Source: Ophelia neglecta (Eukaryota). From it: DNA of 64,000 nt. Location of the stretch: the NCBI GenBank assembly GCA_965285935.1, contig OZ260663.1:92876001-92940000 (forward strand). Direction: 5' to 3'. Each line of letters begins with the position of its first letter. Positions within the stretch are counted from its first letter, which is position 1. Positions 1 to 13,600 of this stretch are shown piece by piece. The position numbers and the translations under genes are program-made. Under the pieces are notes generated by a model, which saw only the letters and a list, made by a program, of their open reading frames with translations, searched no databases and was not told the origin of the DNA.

Positions 1-953
1 TCTTGGTACCTTGACACAATACACACATCATGGATAAATTACAACTTTATTAATTCCGTTCCTCCAATAGGCAACAACGGATTTCAGAGGGGGAAAGTGG
101 TTAACATAGATTAACAGTATTGCTAATGCAACAGCGAAAATGCTGAGAGGCGATTCCTAGACATTTAGTCTGGAATCTGACCTTGATAACAATTGCGCCT
201 CGCGTGTTTATATGAAAAAGCTTTTACAAACCTTACCCATCGCAAATTGTGATTTCTTGTTTTGAGTTCTAGCGCGTCCCATCACAATACAAGCGCAATT
301 CTTTTCCGGTATTTGTACATCTACTGAAGTTTTGTCACCAGATTGCTAGGTAATGGTGCCCTCTGTGTTTTTTTTCAAATGAAAAATCAGAAATGCTTCT
401 GAGATACTTTTTGTCTTGTTTTGAATTCACTATTTTCGAAACAAAATCCTTTCTATCAAGTTATCCGTTAGGATGGTTTCGTTTTAATAAAGATACGAAA
501 GATAAAAACGAAACTTCGAGACAGATGTGGAGTATTGGACTGGGATAAACAGTTGTTTAATTTTATATGGCCTAATTTATAGTAATTACAATATATTTAT
601 TGCAAGAGCCATGGTTTGAATCAATACGTTTTTCTTGCTTACGCAAGAAAGATGGTTTGTGAATGGAAATCCAACTTATTAATCCCTAGCCGGTGCTTAG
701 GGTTCACAGAATAGACATTAGCATGGTCTCACTTCTACCGACATAAGCAATATGACCTCAATAGAAATAGTCCATTACATTCAACTGCGGCACAAGCGCA
801 CTATGCAGGAACAACTCGAATTTTTGGATTTAACAACATACTTTGTCTCAGGGCAGCATAGTCCCTGCATATTTAAGCATCAATACATTTGGTCCGTAGC
901 TGTACAAAGTGGCGTTCTTCTCACTAAAATAAATGGTCTAAGCAAGTACTTAC

Positions 954-1026
954 GCGAACTTCCTGCTGTTATCCACTGTTCAGTGATCTCTAAGCACATG
1001 ATGAAGTCAATCAGAGGGCTAGCCAT
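954..1026 (-). CDS. G0: exon 1 (signal-peptide exon) of a further paralog whose remaining exons lie left of the window
   Basis: 73-nt phase-1 exon ATG..TCG C|GTAAGT encoding MASPLIDFIMCLEITEQWITAGSS. Same length, phase and ending as exon 1 of G1-G6, with the family upstream box at 1167-1241. Confidence 0.8.
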
Positions 1027-1166
1027 AGTAACACCTTGTATTTATCCAAATGCTACATTGTCTCAGGATTGTAATCCTTGCTTTGTCATAATCACTGGTA
1101 TTCCTAATGTTATAAACCACAGGCCATTGGGTGCGTATCCAACATAGAATTCTGTGTGAAACTGTG

Positions 1167-1241
1167 AGTGTCAGTAATATCAAAAACTCGATGTGCACCA
1201 GACCATGCAATGGGTGGCAATGACAGCGCCGGCGCAGTGCG
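1167..1241 (-). promoter_or_regulatory. Conserved upstream box (G0, short variant)
   Basis: + strand AACTCGATGTGCAC..GCAATGGGTGGCAATGACAGCGCCGGCGCAGTGCG, ~140-215 nt upstream of the ATG; homologous in all 7 minus-strand copies. Confidence 0.75.
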
Positions 1242-1740
1242 TACGATCGGCTCCCTTAATTTATTTTGCACATGTTTCCATCTCATATAATTTAAAATGT
1301 CAAAATGGCAATAGACTGGGGTTTGAACTAACACAGACGTAGGCTGATACCTGATATCGTTGAAATTAAATCTATGTAGTTTTCCTAAATGAGGTGGAGA
1401 CGGACAAGCTTGCCATTAACACAGATGCTAGAAAATACATTAAAAGATCCGCTGTTTTCAACTCATATATGATAGCACCTTTTCCCAAGACAGCAAGTTA
1501 TTCATTAATATTACAATCTGTTAGGATAGTAATTAAAGATTATATGTTTTATATGCACCGTGGTATATTTCCGATAGATGTTGTTAAAATAGGCATAGGG
1601 ACGCTTTCATTCCGTTGTTGTAAGTTGCGCCTGAAGGGATGACATTAATGCGATTACGACCAAAGAGGAGACATGGCATACTATGTATGAATAGTCACAA
1701 GTATATTAATGGATTGCATACAAATTTCGTTAACAAAGCG

Positions 1741-1746
1741 TTTATT
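1741..1746 (-). terminator. Probable polyadenylation signal of G1
   Basis: AATAAA on the minus strand ~440 nt after the stop. ATTAAA occurs in the same local context in G2 (10233-10238), G3 (18584-18589) and G5 (38221-38226), 370-450 nt after their stops. Confidence 0.5.
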
Positions 1747-2182
1747 TATTATACAGAAACAGCAAAGTTCTTGATTAAACACAAAAATGGAATTATGAAT
1801 TAAATAATGTTAGTAGCAGCCGTACCACAGTCTGCCTCCCTCCAAATATACTTCACTATGTGTATATATAATTTTTACAAAAGCATTAAAGTGGCAACAA
1901 GAGTAATGTCTTTCCATGCTAAGTAATCCACAGATCAGCACCGCTATTGTTTGGCTTGCGATATTTATAAATCCATCTACTATACATATTTTTGTAGTTC
2001 CTTTTATTTGTCCGATTATAACGGTGAACAAGCCCGTTGAAATATCGCCACATATGATTAAAACTCTTTGGCAGATCATGACTTTCACAATTCTAAAATA
2101 ACGAGGTGTTCATCGTCAAATTTTCAAGCGCAAATACGGATGATGAATCTAACACGAACAGGGCCTAAACTTTTCTGTGCAG

Positions 2183-5100
2183 TCACTGTGGCTCAGTGTC
2201 AGATTCCATTTGTTCCTTTGGTGGTTCGCTGTCCAAATGGTCGTGCTCCGTGTCTAACTCGTGACAAAGCGGATCAGAGGTACCACTCTCACTGTGAGTA
2301 CGCCGTAAGAACGTCGGTGACTCATATTTATGTTCGGTGATAGGTGGTTTAAATATGGAACGGTTACCATGCTGTTGGTGGGTGCCGTGGACTATACGGT
2401 TCTCTGCGTCGGGGACTGACGTCGTGGGTGGAAAAGGGAGAGGTGAAAACCGTTCTCCTGGTGTCACGGCGGCCGGGCGCACAGCCATGTTTCTGTGAGC
2501 GGTCGTTGTATATTCCCGTCCGTGGGGATATTTCTGCGATCTTTCGTCGGAGACCAGCATGGGATCCAGCTCTTTAGCATAATATTGTGAAGGAGCCATG
2601 CCTTTTGCCGCCCCCATCTGCGGATCGGGCCTAGACGCGTTCACCATTTCATGTTTCCTATGATGAGAGAAAAGCAAAATATGTAATAACACTGTTATTT
2701 CATAGTAAAGTAAGATATTATATTAAAAAACATTAATAAATAACAAGTACATGGGTAGTACGCTGACACTTACCTTCGAAAACTTACAATACCAATCACA
2801 AGTATAGGAACTGCTATGATAGCGGCAGCGACTATAATCACCACAATCAGAATCCCTGAAATATGTTTCCATTGTAAAAATGTAACAGTATTTGAATTGA
2901 GCTAGGAATAATGAAAAAAAAATACCCAAATAAATATCACTAAATTGTAATATTTTCTCCTAATGGTAGGATATATTTATTAGTCAGTAAATAACGACTT
3001 CCCTATATGTGATATGAGCTACAATCCGCCACTCGCGTTGTTGCCTTCATCATTAATGGTGTTTCTGTTGAAATGGGTTTGTACTCGATTGCTTACATTG
3101 TGGTAGTTCCTGGGCACCATCCACCAAGTTACCGAAGGACATGGATGGTTCAACTGTAATAATACGGTACAGATTAATGTCGAATGACTTCTTTGGAACA
3201 TGTGATTCTTACTATTGTTAGTACAATATATTTTTTGACGCCATATAGCTCCTCAGAGAACTAAGCATCTTCGTCAAAAGCGCTTTTTGTATTCTTAATA
3301 GAAATATATTTGTTGGTTTGCTAAATATGAAAAGGCATGTTGAATTATTGTACAAACCTGACACGTTGCAATTCTTGACATCCCCTCCAGAGGTCCAGTG
3401 CATTCCATCGCATGATACTCGCCAGTTATTTCTGGTTTGGGTACATCTCACTAATATCTCAACCCCGTTTTGCTCGACAACAGCGCCCTCTGGTGGTATA
3501 TAAGCTGGGCATCCTATGCCTATGCCGTAGAGAATATATGTGAGATAGAACATATAGGATTCATTGTAAAGTGAAATGAAGTACTAGCAAGCCCAAATAT
3601 TTAATATATTTAATCAATATATGGATATAACATTCATAAATCATATATTAAACTCCAGTTACAACGAACGAGTTAAAAATGTAATTTACTCACTTTCATA
3701 ATGTAGAAGGAAATACGATGGACTTTGTGAGCGCATGGGGTCGGTCAAGGCGATTTGGAGGCGATCTGTCCCAGAGACGTACACTACATGCTTTCGTATC
3801 TCACCACCACAAATGGTGACTGTTCGTTCGCTGGATCCGGTGTGCCCTGTGTAATCATTGAATGGCTTTGATTTCTCCCAATTGATTGTTTTGTGTACTT
3901 TCTTAAGTATCATTTTTCATTGTACATGTATACCGTTCTAGCACGGCTAATATTTAAGTTACCTTCTGTGATCCTGGCATATATTTGACATACACCAGTC
4001 CTCTTTGGTAGTTGCATTCCAGACCCCGGACTTTCAGAACCCACCCCTTCAGGGATTAAAGGCGTCCAAACCCCGTAGTCATGTAAAGTGAGGCGGATCT
4101 TCTGTCCGGGGTAACCCTGGACCTCCCAGGGACAGCTGGTAGAACCTTGTCTAGTCTGGCCTGTGATGAAATTGGCCAGTAATCCACTTGTTTCGGGGAC
4201 TGATAGGAGGTTGTTTGTACAGGGCGTCGGTGATGTATAAACTGGAAGTAATTTCTCAATGAGTTTATATCAATTGTAGATATATCACTGTCAATGGCAG
4301 GAGTATCGTTAAAAGGTTTATATATGAGTAAAAAAAGTAAAGGCTGGCAGACCTGAAATAACTTAGGTGCAAAAACAAATTCGCATGGTTGGAATGAGAA
4401 CATGTGGTTTAGTTCAGAAAGAATATTTAAATGTTAATATTTGTTAACCTCACTTACCAGCTATGCAGTTGTATTGTAACTGTAGGTACGAATCCATACT
4501 CCTTAGGCAAGGGTTTTCTAGTCCGACGATCAGGTTTTGATCCGGGAGTGTCAGTTGACAGGTCTTTCTTCCAGAGCATACCGAGTCCATGTAGCTTAAA
4601 ACATCTACTTGGCATCTCGTGAAACCATTTCTATTCTGGCTTATACAGCTTCCTAATGATATCTGTCCGTAGTGCGCATTTTCCATCTGTATAACCTCGT
4701 TTTTTGCACAGCTAGCCGTAAAGGTTTTAAAGTTACAAACATCTTGTTTTTCTGCAAAATAAAATGTAAGCCCTTAATAGTGAAACATACCTGAGTTGGT
4801 AATAACTTTTGCTTTTCATTTCTTTATTTGCATTGCTAGTTTTTTTTACTGTTTGGGAGCTGTGGACTCGTGTGCGTGGGCTTGTGTATGCTGGTTCCGG
4901 GCTATTTCGGACCGATATAATGAACTAATCTTGGTTATTGATGATGATTGTCTACCGGGTATCAAATTACGTTTTCATATAGGATTTTCCTTTGTCTGCC
5001 GGGCATCCACTCTCATTATTTATTGATGATTTTCAGTTGTCTTCCTGGCATCCACATCCGTTTCGTAGAAGAAAAGTTCTACGCATCGCAATTTTACCAT

Positions 5101-8100
5101 TTAAAACAGTTAAATTTCCTTGACAACACTGTACATTAGTGTCAGTTTTTAGGGTTTTGGTAGAAATTCATTGCCCAGTTAAGCTGTTTAAAACTGTCCT
5201 CCATCGACATTGTTGGATTTTAGTAAAAAGTCTCGGGAAAAGGATGTTTATTTCTCCCTCGGCACTCCCTTGTCTTTTGAGCAGTAGGAAGCACTACAAA
5301 GTCCGATAAAAGCCAAGGAAGCTATTGTCAGGTTTTTCTCGAATTTTTCCCCACAGTTTAAAACTTCCCTTATAGCATGTAAGTCGATTTTCGAAACAAA
5401 CAGAAGCACCATTTCTAGTATGTTGTTCTTAAGCAATGTTTATCTAACTATCATTTGCTGGTAAAGATTTCACACGGAAACATTTGAGGAGAAAATACAT
5501 CCTATTTTTGGATACTGGATAATTAACTCGATACTCTTATTTCGCGAGAGTATTAATCATGATAGTTAGAGAGGGGGTGGGTGGTGTTTGACATATGAAC
5601 ATATTATCATGCAATTAACATTGCACTCATCCTGTTATCAATTGCTATCTATGCGTCGACTGTATTACATGCAGGGTAATTTACAGCAACTAACATTGGT
5701 AGTTGGTTCAATAGTGTGTTTTTGCTTGCGGGACAAAGTACATGCATCAGTCACTTGATACTCGGGAGCTTTAAACGCCGAGTTAAAGTTATGCTCTATG
5801 CGAGAGAGGCGGAAACGTTAATTTTAGGGTATCAAAAAATGTTGCGTCAACGGTCATTCCATCAAGGATGCATTTAAAATAAATACACACGTGTTATAAT
5901 TACGAGTAGCATTATTCTTGCAAAGCCCATATAGTGATGTTTAAGCGGTCCTTATAGACATATGCTATGACAATACGTCGCGCCTATGGGATCATGATCT
6001 GACTAGAAACTCGTGCTAATTGAGCATGGTTGATACTTGCAAATGATCTGTAGGAAAGTTGATTTAATAAGGCATTGAAATCGCAAAATGTGTCACCGCT
6101 CCGGCTTGAGTAGGGCAACCTGATATTCACCAACATAGCAAATATCATATGCTAACACCTACTTTGACATGGTTTAGCATGAGGTTAAACATTTAACCTA
6201 ATTTCATAGTCCTTTAGCAGTAAGGAACAAACCGGCTAGGATTATCAGCAGACTAATCAAAGTCTGTGATGAATGTATTACTTAAATTGGTGCTAAAAAC
6301 ACAAAGAAACCCGATGACTCATAGGACAAAACAGAAGTGCCAAGAATAAAAATAAGTTTGAACTAAATAAAATTTAAAATGACCTACTACGAAATGTAAA
6401 AATCGTTTTTTACAAAAATTTTAATTGAGATTTCTCCCGATTATATAAAAGTTAATGTTGCATTGTAGATGGGCTTTTGCCGGTGTATTGTAGTAATGCA
6501 ACCCGATTGAAATGTTGCACCTAGCCGGCTCTGAAGGAGAATACGGCTCCGCGCTACAGGGCGCTACACTACGCCGCGTTACGCCAAGGCGCCCCATGCG
6601 CAGAGGTGCCGGGCCGCGCTTCTCAATGACGGCAGTTGCCGTCAAGCCGACCATCTGAATTGGATGGCAGATAATGATGATGTTAGTATTTTACATATTG
6701 GATCCCTTTTTGATAATCGGATCAGCGCTTGTACAAAACCACCTTCTCACTGTGTCATATAAAAATGGACATTATGAAGTAAAAAAAATTAAACCTTTGT
6801 TGTGGCATCTTGTTTTGCTCAGTCAGGGGACCCTTCCCCTCCATGTTCTTTCCGGGTAAATTGTTAAATTTATGGCATTGACATCGCATGTTGCTTACCG
6901 CACATTGGGACATAATGTTAAATAATACAATTATGTTTCCGCCGAAATAACAAGTATGATGTGAAGCATTACCCACCAAGCGTTCTAGTACGTTAGCAGG
7001 ATCAGAATCCACACTCGTCAAATGGCTAATTAGTCTATTAATTACAAATCGTTTCTCTGCAAAATTATACTTTAACATATTAAAAAGTTAACAAATGTGC
7101 ACCGCAGAATTCCAATTAAAGGCAGTGCCGGGTTTTATAGGTTAAATACCATGCCACACATAGACAAATATTAACTTGTTCAATAATTCAGCCTTCTACA
7201 GGGGGCAGACACCCCTTTAGTTACAGAGTCGAAAGGATTAATCATTGATAACTACTCTGCATGTATGGGTTCAACATGCACTATTGCAGACAACTTCATA
7301 GAAATAAACTATTCTATAAATCCCTAATATCATTGAGACATAGTGGGACCAGTAACCCCAAAATTCTCCTGGTACATTTTGTCATATGCACGAGACTAAA
7401 AGGCACATCGATAATGCTCATCGGTGACAATTAATTTTCCCTTTGCATTATCCTAAGCAGTAAAATATAGAGTGACGAAGAGTAAGGACCAAAGGTCTGT
7501 AAGCAATACTTTGGATTAATAGTATCTTCCTTCTGTATCAGTATTAGCAGTTGCTCATCTCAGAAATGACACGAGGGGCTATTTAGCTAACAAATAAAAA
7601 CAGTTAACAAAAATGATACAAGAAATGATCAGTTAGCTTCAGAAACGGAAAACAGGATATATATCATACGCTTGATCCGAAATTACATTTGATGCCCTAT
7701 TCGCCACCGTAACACCTAAATTTATGATTGGTCTCACAGGCAATACCTTCTCATGCTATATATACGCCGTGTATGTCCGGAAGACAAACAAAAGACTGCG
7801 GATCAGGAATTTTCCAATTATCGGTCCTGGTTCATCCGAAATCACCGAAGATGGTATCAGAAGGCAAGATATGAAGGATGAATCACCATCAATGCCGAAG
7901 GTGATTAAATGTAAGGTTTTAATTTGAACAAGGTAAATGAAGATTTGTTAATCACCAAAATGCAATGGGATGTGGATTTTTCTTTGATACATTGTTGACA
8001 TCTTTTCGAATTGATTATCACGTTCAAGACTTTTTGGTTTTCTTTAAGTGATCATACAGTTGACTAATAACTGTGTTTAAAGCAATGTAATGTTATTATT

Positions 8101-9295
8101 CCTGATCATATAATTGTTTTATGTGCCGAGAATATTGTATTGTATTTTCCTTTATTATAGTGACTTGTCTTAGATACAAGGTCAGAATTCATCACACACA
8201 CACAAAAAAACAAAGAAAAGAGTAGACCCAGCCCTCTGGGCTTATAAGTCACTATTCACACTATTACAGGTATATAAACTGAGGCGGAAGGCAAAATACA
8301 CAATAATTCTAATTAAAATACAGAATAGCAGAATACAGATAATACACAGCACGAGGTCAAATGAATCCTAGAATTACTTATAATGTGAGGTACCATTTTT
8401 CTTTTCGCATGGAAAAGGCCCTATTTTGCTGTCTCTATTTGACAGCCTTTGAGATAAACAAACTTCTGAGTGACATCAGGGTTGTCAAACCCATCCATAA
8501 GACAGCAGGCATATGAATATATCAACCTGCGTTGATCCGAGAATAATCTTTTTACCGGGAAAGCCTGGAAGCCGAGCAATTATTTATATATTCCTTAGCC
8601 CCGTGTTTAGCAGAGCAAGTATATACGCTTAGCATCAAAAGGAATGTACGATAATAACCATACGTCTTTCCGGTCCAATCAGACAAACATTCCTTGACAA
8701 TTACGATATACAGAATTAAGATTTCATAACTTTCCCGCCATATTTAGTCCTTTATAAGATATAAATATGAGTGGGTAAAGGATGTAGGTGTGTGGGAGGG
8801 GGGGGGGGGGCATGGACAAATGCCATGGTATGCCACATAATTTAACATAATATGTATAGGATATCAGCAAATTAATTTTGATGGTGCCTGAAAGAATACA
8901 ACGTACGCGCTCACATAAATATGTCTGTTGAAAAAAGTTCTTACGTTAGCATAAGCATATCATAAATCATCATATAGAAAATACCCAAGGTGGAATTAAA
9001 GGCTCAGTAAATACCTTATTTCATTTCCAACAAAATAAATAATGCGACTTATTCAAGAATCTATGATGGATATAGTAAAACACATAGGAGCCTGTGTGTT
9101 GGCGGCGTCCTGTGAGCAATATTTAACACGTACTGTGTCTCTGACTCAGTAGGACTGGTAGAAGCCACGTATTATCGGTGCAAAATGGCGTAGTCAGCGA
9201 ATAATACATAAATAGCACTTACCCGATTCTCCAGCTTCTGTCCATGAAGCTATGGTCATTAGGGATAGAATAAATTCTTTCAGCAGAGCATCCAT
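2183..9295 (-). CDS. G1: SUEL-lectin/CUB-like/sushi-like single-pass membrane receptor, ~524 aa
   Basis: Exons 9295-9223 (MDALLKEFILSLMTIASWTEAGES), 4751-4458 (SUEL: C..C..AHYG..C..C..CSGR..C..PC..YL..C), 4241-3963 and 3846-3694 (CUB-like: CPWEVQGYPGQKIRLTLHDY, TICGG, FLLHYE), 3519-3358 (4-Cys sushi-like), 3153-3097 (stalk), 2855-2774 (TM), 2657-2183 (tail). All introns GT-AG, phases 1,1,1,1,1,1,2; total 1575 nt, open frame. Confidence 0.9.
6544..6619. promoter_or_regulatory. Conserved CpG-rich intron-1 element (G1)
   Basis: CGGCTCCGCGCTACAGGGCGCTACACTACGCCGCGTTACGCCAAGGCGCCCCATGCGCAGAGGTGCCGGGCCGCGC; homologs in intron 1 of G2-G6. Confidence 0.65.
9139..9222. promoter_or_regulatory. Conserved 5' intron-1 block with YY1-like (CAAAATGGCG) and AP-1-like (TGACTCA) motifs; G1 copy
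   Basis: CAAAATGGCG at 9181, 17392, 26312, 36486, 45927 (variant CAAAGTGGCG at 905). TGACTCA at 9142 and 17353, with one- or two-base variants in G3-G5. Confidence 0.55.
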
Positions 9296-9410
9296 TGTAA
9301 CACTTTTTAGTATATCCTAACGGTGCGTTTTCGCTTAATTCTCAGGATAATTAACATCGTATAATCCACAGCTAGTTTTGTGTGCATTTCACCTAGACTT
9401 CAGTCACAAA

Positions 9411-9507
9411 CTGGTAGTGTCAGTGTGAGAACTCGATGTGCACAGTACCGCGGCGCCGCGCAATGGGTGGTAAATACAGCGCCGGCGCAGCGCGCATCAC
9501 TCGCCGC
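9411..9507 (-). promoter_or_regulatory. Conserved upstream box (G1)
   Basis: + strand GTGTCAGTGTGAGAACTCGATGTGCACAGTACCGCGGCGCCGCGCAATGGGTGGTAAATACAGCGCCGGCGCAGCGCGCATCACTCGCCGC, ~115-210 nt upstream of the ATG. Confidence 0.8.
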
Positions 9508-10393
9508 TCATTCATTCAATTAGGCGATGATGGAAATTGTTCGATTAAGAATATATCATCATGGGTCAACTTGGGTTGGTTTGGTTTGTAAGGATCGTCA
9601 ATTTACACATAACTCTTTGGTTGTTAAAGCTTATTAAAATAGAATTAGTGATTTTATAAATTTAAGACGACTGCTTTTCAAACAGCGATCACTCTTTGTA
9701 CAAGTGTGGTAATCCTACTGTGCCTGTATATGCACTGCCATATTTGTTGTCTGACGATGGCTTTTTCGACTGCTTAAATACCGATTTGTGTTGGATGGGG
9801 ATAATCGGGAAAAGTATGCTTTTGTAGAAAAAAGCAAACGAATGCGAGTGGGGGAATAGGAAGTGAGAATCCCTGAAGTGTGTTCTCCTAATGGAAACAG
9901 TGAATCTTTATGAAGTGAAAGCCCGTATTATGGAAATAAGATCCCTACAAGGGTGCATTATAACCATAATCATCTGTTTTGATGAATTTGATGCGCTAAT
10001 AATGGAACTAATTTGAACTGAATATAACTGACTTGTGGGTTATATAACCATGCTAACTAATGCCAAGTGTCTTTAATGAAACTTTTGAAAATTTGAGCAT
10101 TTAACGAATTTTAAACGCCGTTATTACCGCAAAAATATACAGGAGCATTAGGACGTTTTATATGAAGGTTCACAATAATCAGTTGGGTTGTATTTTTGCT
10201 AAAACAACATCGTTTCATTAACTATACACGTGTTTAATATACTTATATATGAGCAGCAGGATTACAGTACAAGTACGAGTTAAGCAGCCAGTTCCTATCC
10301 GTGCTTAATTAGCCGTAAAACGTTTTTGTTCTTTTGAAATATTTTTGTAACGGCCCACCCACATTCCGAATGCAGGTATATACATATTGATAC

Positions 10394-10453
10394 GAAGCAA
10401 TTTAAGCCTTCGTGAAGCAATTAAAGCCTTCGTGAAGCAATGTAAGCCTTCAC
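10394..10453. repeat. 20-bp minisatellite, 3 copies, in the presumed G2 3' UTR
   Basis: GAAGCAATTTAAGCCTTCGT / GAAGCAATTAAAGCCTTCGT / GAAGCAATGTAAGCCTTCAC. Confidence 0.9.
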
Positions 10454-10639
10454 GAATAATCAAAATATCATAACTGCATTGATTGCGATGTTTATACTAT
10501 GCATCTACTTAAAAAAATTGTACAAAACTGCTTAAATCTATCCAAATATGCACATACGGCACATACTGTGCACAGTTCGTCTGCTGATTACGTATAACAC
10601 AATTCTTAACAAACAATATTTCCAAACGTTTGTGGCCAG

Positions 10640-13600
10640 TCACTGTGTCTCAATGTCAGATTCCGTTTGTTCACACGTTAGCTTCCTGTCAAATTGGGCG
10701 TGCTCCGTGTCTAACTCGAGACAAACCGGATCGGTAGTGTCACTCTCACTGCGCGTGCGCCTTAAGAATGTTGGTGACTCATATTTATGTTCGGTGACAG
10801 GTGGTTTAAATATGGTATGGTTACCACCCCGCGGGTATTGTCCGCGATTCATGGTCCCGTGGACTGCATGGTTCCCTGCGTAGGGGACGGATGCAGTTGG
10901 TGGAAGAGGCAATGGTGGGAACCGTTCCCCTTGTGTCAAGGGGTCCGGACGCACAGCCATGTTCCTCTGTGCTGTAGATGTATACTCCCGTCCTTTGGAA
11001 TATTTCTGTGATTTATCGTCGCATACCAGCATAGGATCAAGTTCTTTAGCATAATATTGCGGAGGAGACATGCATTTTGCCGGCCCCATCTGCGGATCAG
11101 CCCTGGACGCAATAATTGCGTCATGCTTTCTGTGAAGACAGAAATGTAAAATAACGCTTTTGTAAGATCATTTGTTTTGCCTCATACTTCGTGATCCTTT
11201 TATTGTTTTTTGGCAGTGCAAAACTCACAGGAGGATATAGTTATCTGATCATCAATCAAAAGTCTCAATATAAGTTAGTATTCTATGAAAACACATTGTT
11301 AATCAACTAGTGCATGGAAAAAAAACTGCCACTCACCTTCTAAAGCTTACAATGCCGATCACAAGTATAGGGACTGCTATGATAGCTGCAGCGGCTATGA
11401 TCACCACAATGAGAATCCCTGAAAGATATTCCCATGGTGGAAGAGTAAAACAGCATTTGAATTGAGTAATGAACAACGAGAAATTATATTACAAATAATA
11501 TTAATAAATAGTAAATATATTGATTCGAAATATTTTGTAAAACAAACAGGAATATGGTTTGCGTCATGTGTGTTGTTCGGTGTTTATCTTAAAATGTGTT
11601 TTCAAACGATGGCTTACATTGGGGTAAGGCCTGAGCACCATTCACCAGATTACCGAAGGACTCGGGCGGATCAACTGTAGTTATAAGACGTATATTACCG
11701 GCGAAGGACTGCTGTGCAACAAATTGACAGATAACTGTAATAATCTTAGTTTAATGTGAATATAATTGATACGACATAGATCCTGTGCAAACAGTTCATC
11801 GTCAACTATAGCGCATTTTGCATTCTGAATAAAAAAATATCTCCGCCGTTGTGAAGAATCGATTGTACAAACCTGACACGTTGCAGCTCTTGACCTGCCC
11901 ACTATAAGTCCAGCGCATTCCATCACATGACATTCGCCAGTCATTTCCTGTTTGGGGACATGTCACTAATATCTCATCCCCCTGATATTCGACAACTGCG
12001 CCTTCTGGCGGGATATAAGCTGGACACAATATGACTGTATCGAAGATAATGTAAATGAGGGTGAGAATGACATTGTAGATTAATTGATTTTTTTGTACCT
12101 TGAAGACAAGTACTAGCAACTTATATCGAAGAGCAATAAAATAGTCTGCGAACTTAATATGAAATCTACATTGTATATTTATATGCTTATGGTTATGTTA
12201 CATACAACGAGGAATTCAAAATGCAGTGTACTCACTCTCGTACTTTAGAAGAAAATACGCTGGATTTTGTGAGTTTTTAGGGTTGGTCAATGAGATCCGA
12301 ACGGTCTCTCTGCCAGATACGTATACTACATTTTCTCTAATCTCACCCCCGCAAATGGTAATGGTTCGTTCACTGGTATCAGAGAAGGGTCCTGCGCAAT
12401 CAATGTTTGAACGACTTTATTTCATCAAGTAAGCATGTTCTTAATACTTAAGTCTTAATCATTTGGAAAAAAAACTGTTTAATTGCGAATCTTTTAAACA
12501 TTGCTTCTTATCAAGTTACCTTCTGTGATCCTGGCATATATTTGACATATACCTGTCTTCTTTGGTTGTAGCATTGCATCTTCTTGACTATAAGAACTGT
12601 CCTCCTCGGGGTTAGAAGGATTCCACACACCGAAGTCATGTAATGTGAGGCGGACCTTCTGTCCAGGGTCTCCCTTAACCTCCCAGGGACACCTCGCAGA
12701 ACCTTGTCCAGTCTGCCCTGTGATGAAATTGGCCAGTAAGCCATTTGTACCATAGACCGATAGGAGGTTGTTAGTACATGGCGTCGGTGACGTATACACT
12801 GAAAATAATGGCAAGGTTTAAAACAATTACCGATAGGTATGCGGGTGTCAATAAAGAGACTGGATGAAAATAGAACCACCATTTAGACAGGGGGCCACCT
12901 ACCAGGCGTACAGTTGAATTGTAAATGTAGGTATGAATCAAGATTCTTTATGCAAGGCTGATTTCCAGCGACCAGGTTTTTATCCGGAAGTTCAAGCTCA
13001 CATGTCTGTCTTCCAGAGCAAACCGAGTCCAAATAGCTGAGCACATCTACTTGGCATCTTGTGAAACTATGTGTGCCCTGCTTTATACAACTTCCAACAG
13101 ACATCTGTCCGTAGTGCGCTTGTTCTATCTGTATAACCTCATTTTCTACACAGCTAGCCTGAAATTTTTTCCAGTTACAAACATCCTGCTTTTCTGCAAA
13201 AGCAAAAAGGAATCATGTAAGTTTAATATTGGAACGTTTAATTGGTCCTGATGATGTGTATGCATATTTGTTACTAACTTTAGACTTTACCGCCTGTGAG
13301 TTCCAAGTACATATAAATGAAAGAGTAACCGCAGTGTACATTTATATAGCACATAGGAGAACAGCAAAAAATTAATTTATATACTATAATACTCATTCCT
13401 GACTGTTTTAACATATTATTTATTTATTCAAATTATTCTGAAGCCTTATACTTTAGTATATAGTTCACAAATCTATTGAGTACGAGAACGAATTACATAA
13501 AACCTGGTTTTTTACCGAGCACGCCTTATAGACGGCATTTAATACTGAAGTAAATTCGTGCTCTAAAAGTATACAAATTGAACACATATCACTCCTATAT

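Noticed and set aside
9474-9500. Definite CTCF or REST (RE1) site
   Set aside because: Only CAGCGCC matches; the rest of either consensus is missing, so no factor is assigned.
9411-9507. Upstream boxes as tRNA, SINE or CRISPR repeats
   Set aside because: No cloverleaf, A/B boxes, tails or target-site duplications; they occur once per 8-10 kb gene unit at a fixed position, not as a repeat-spacer array.
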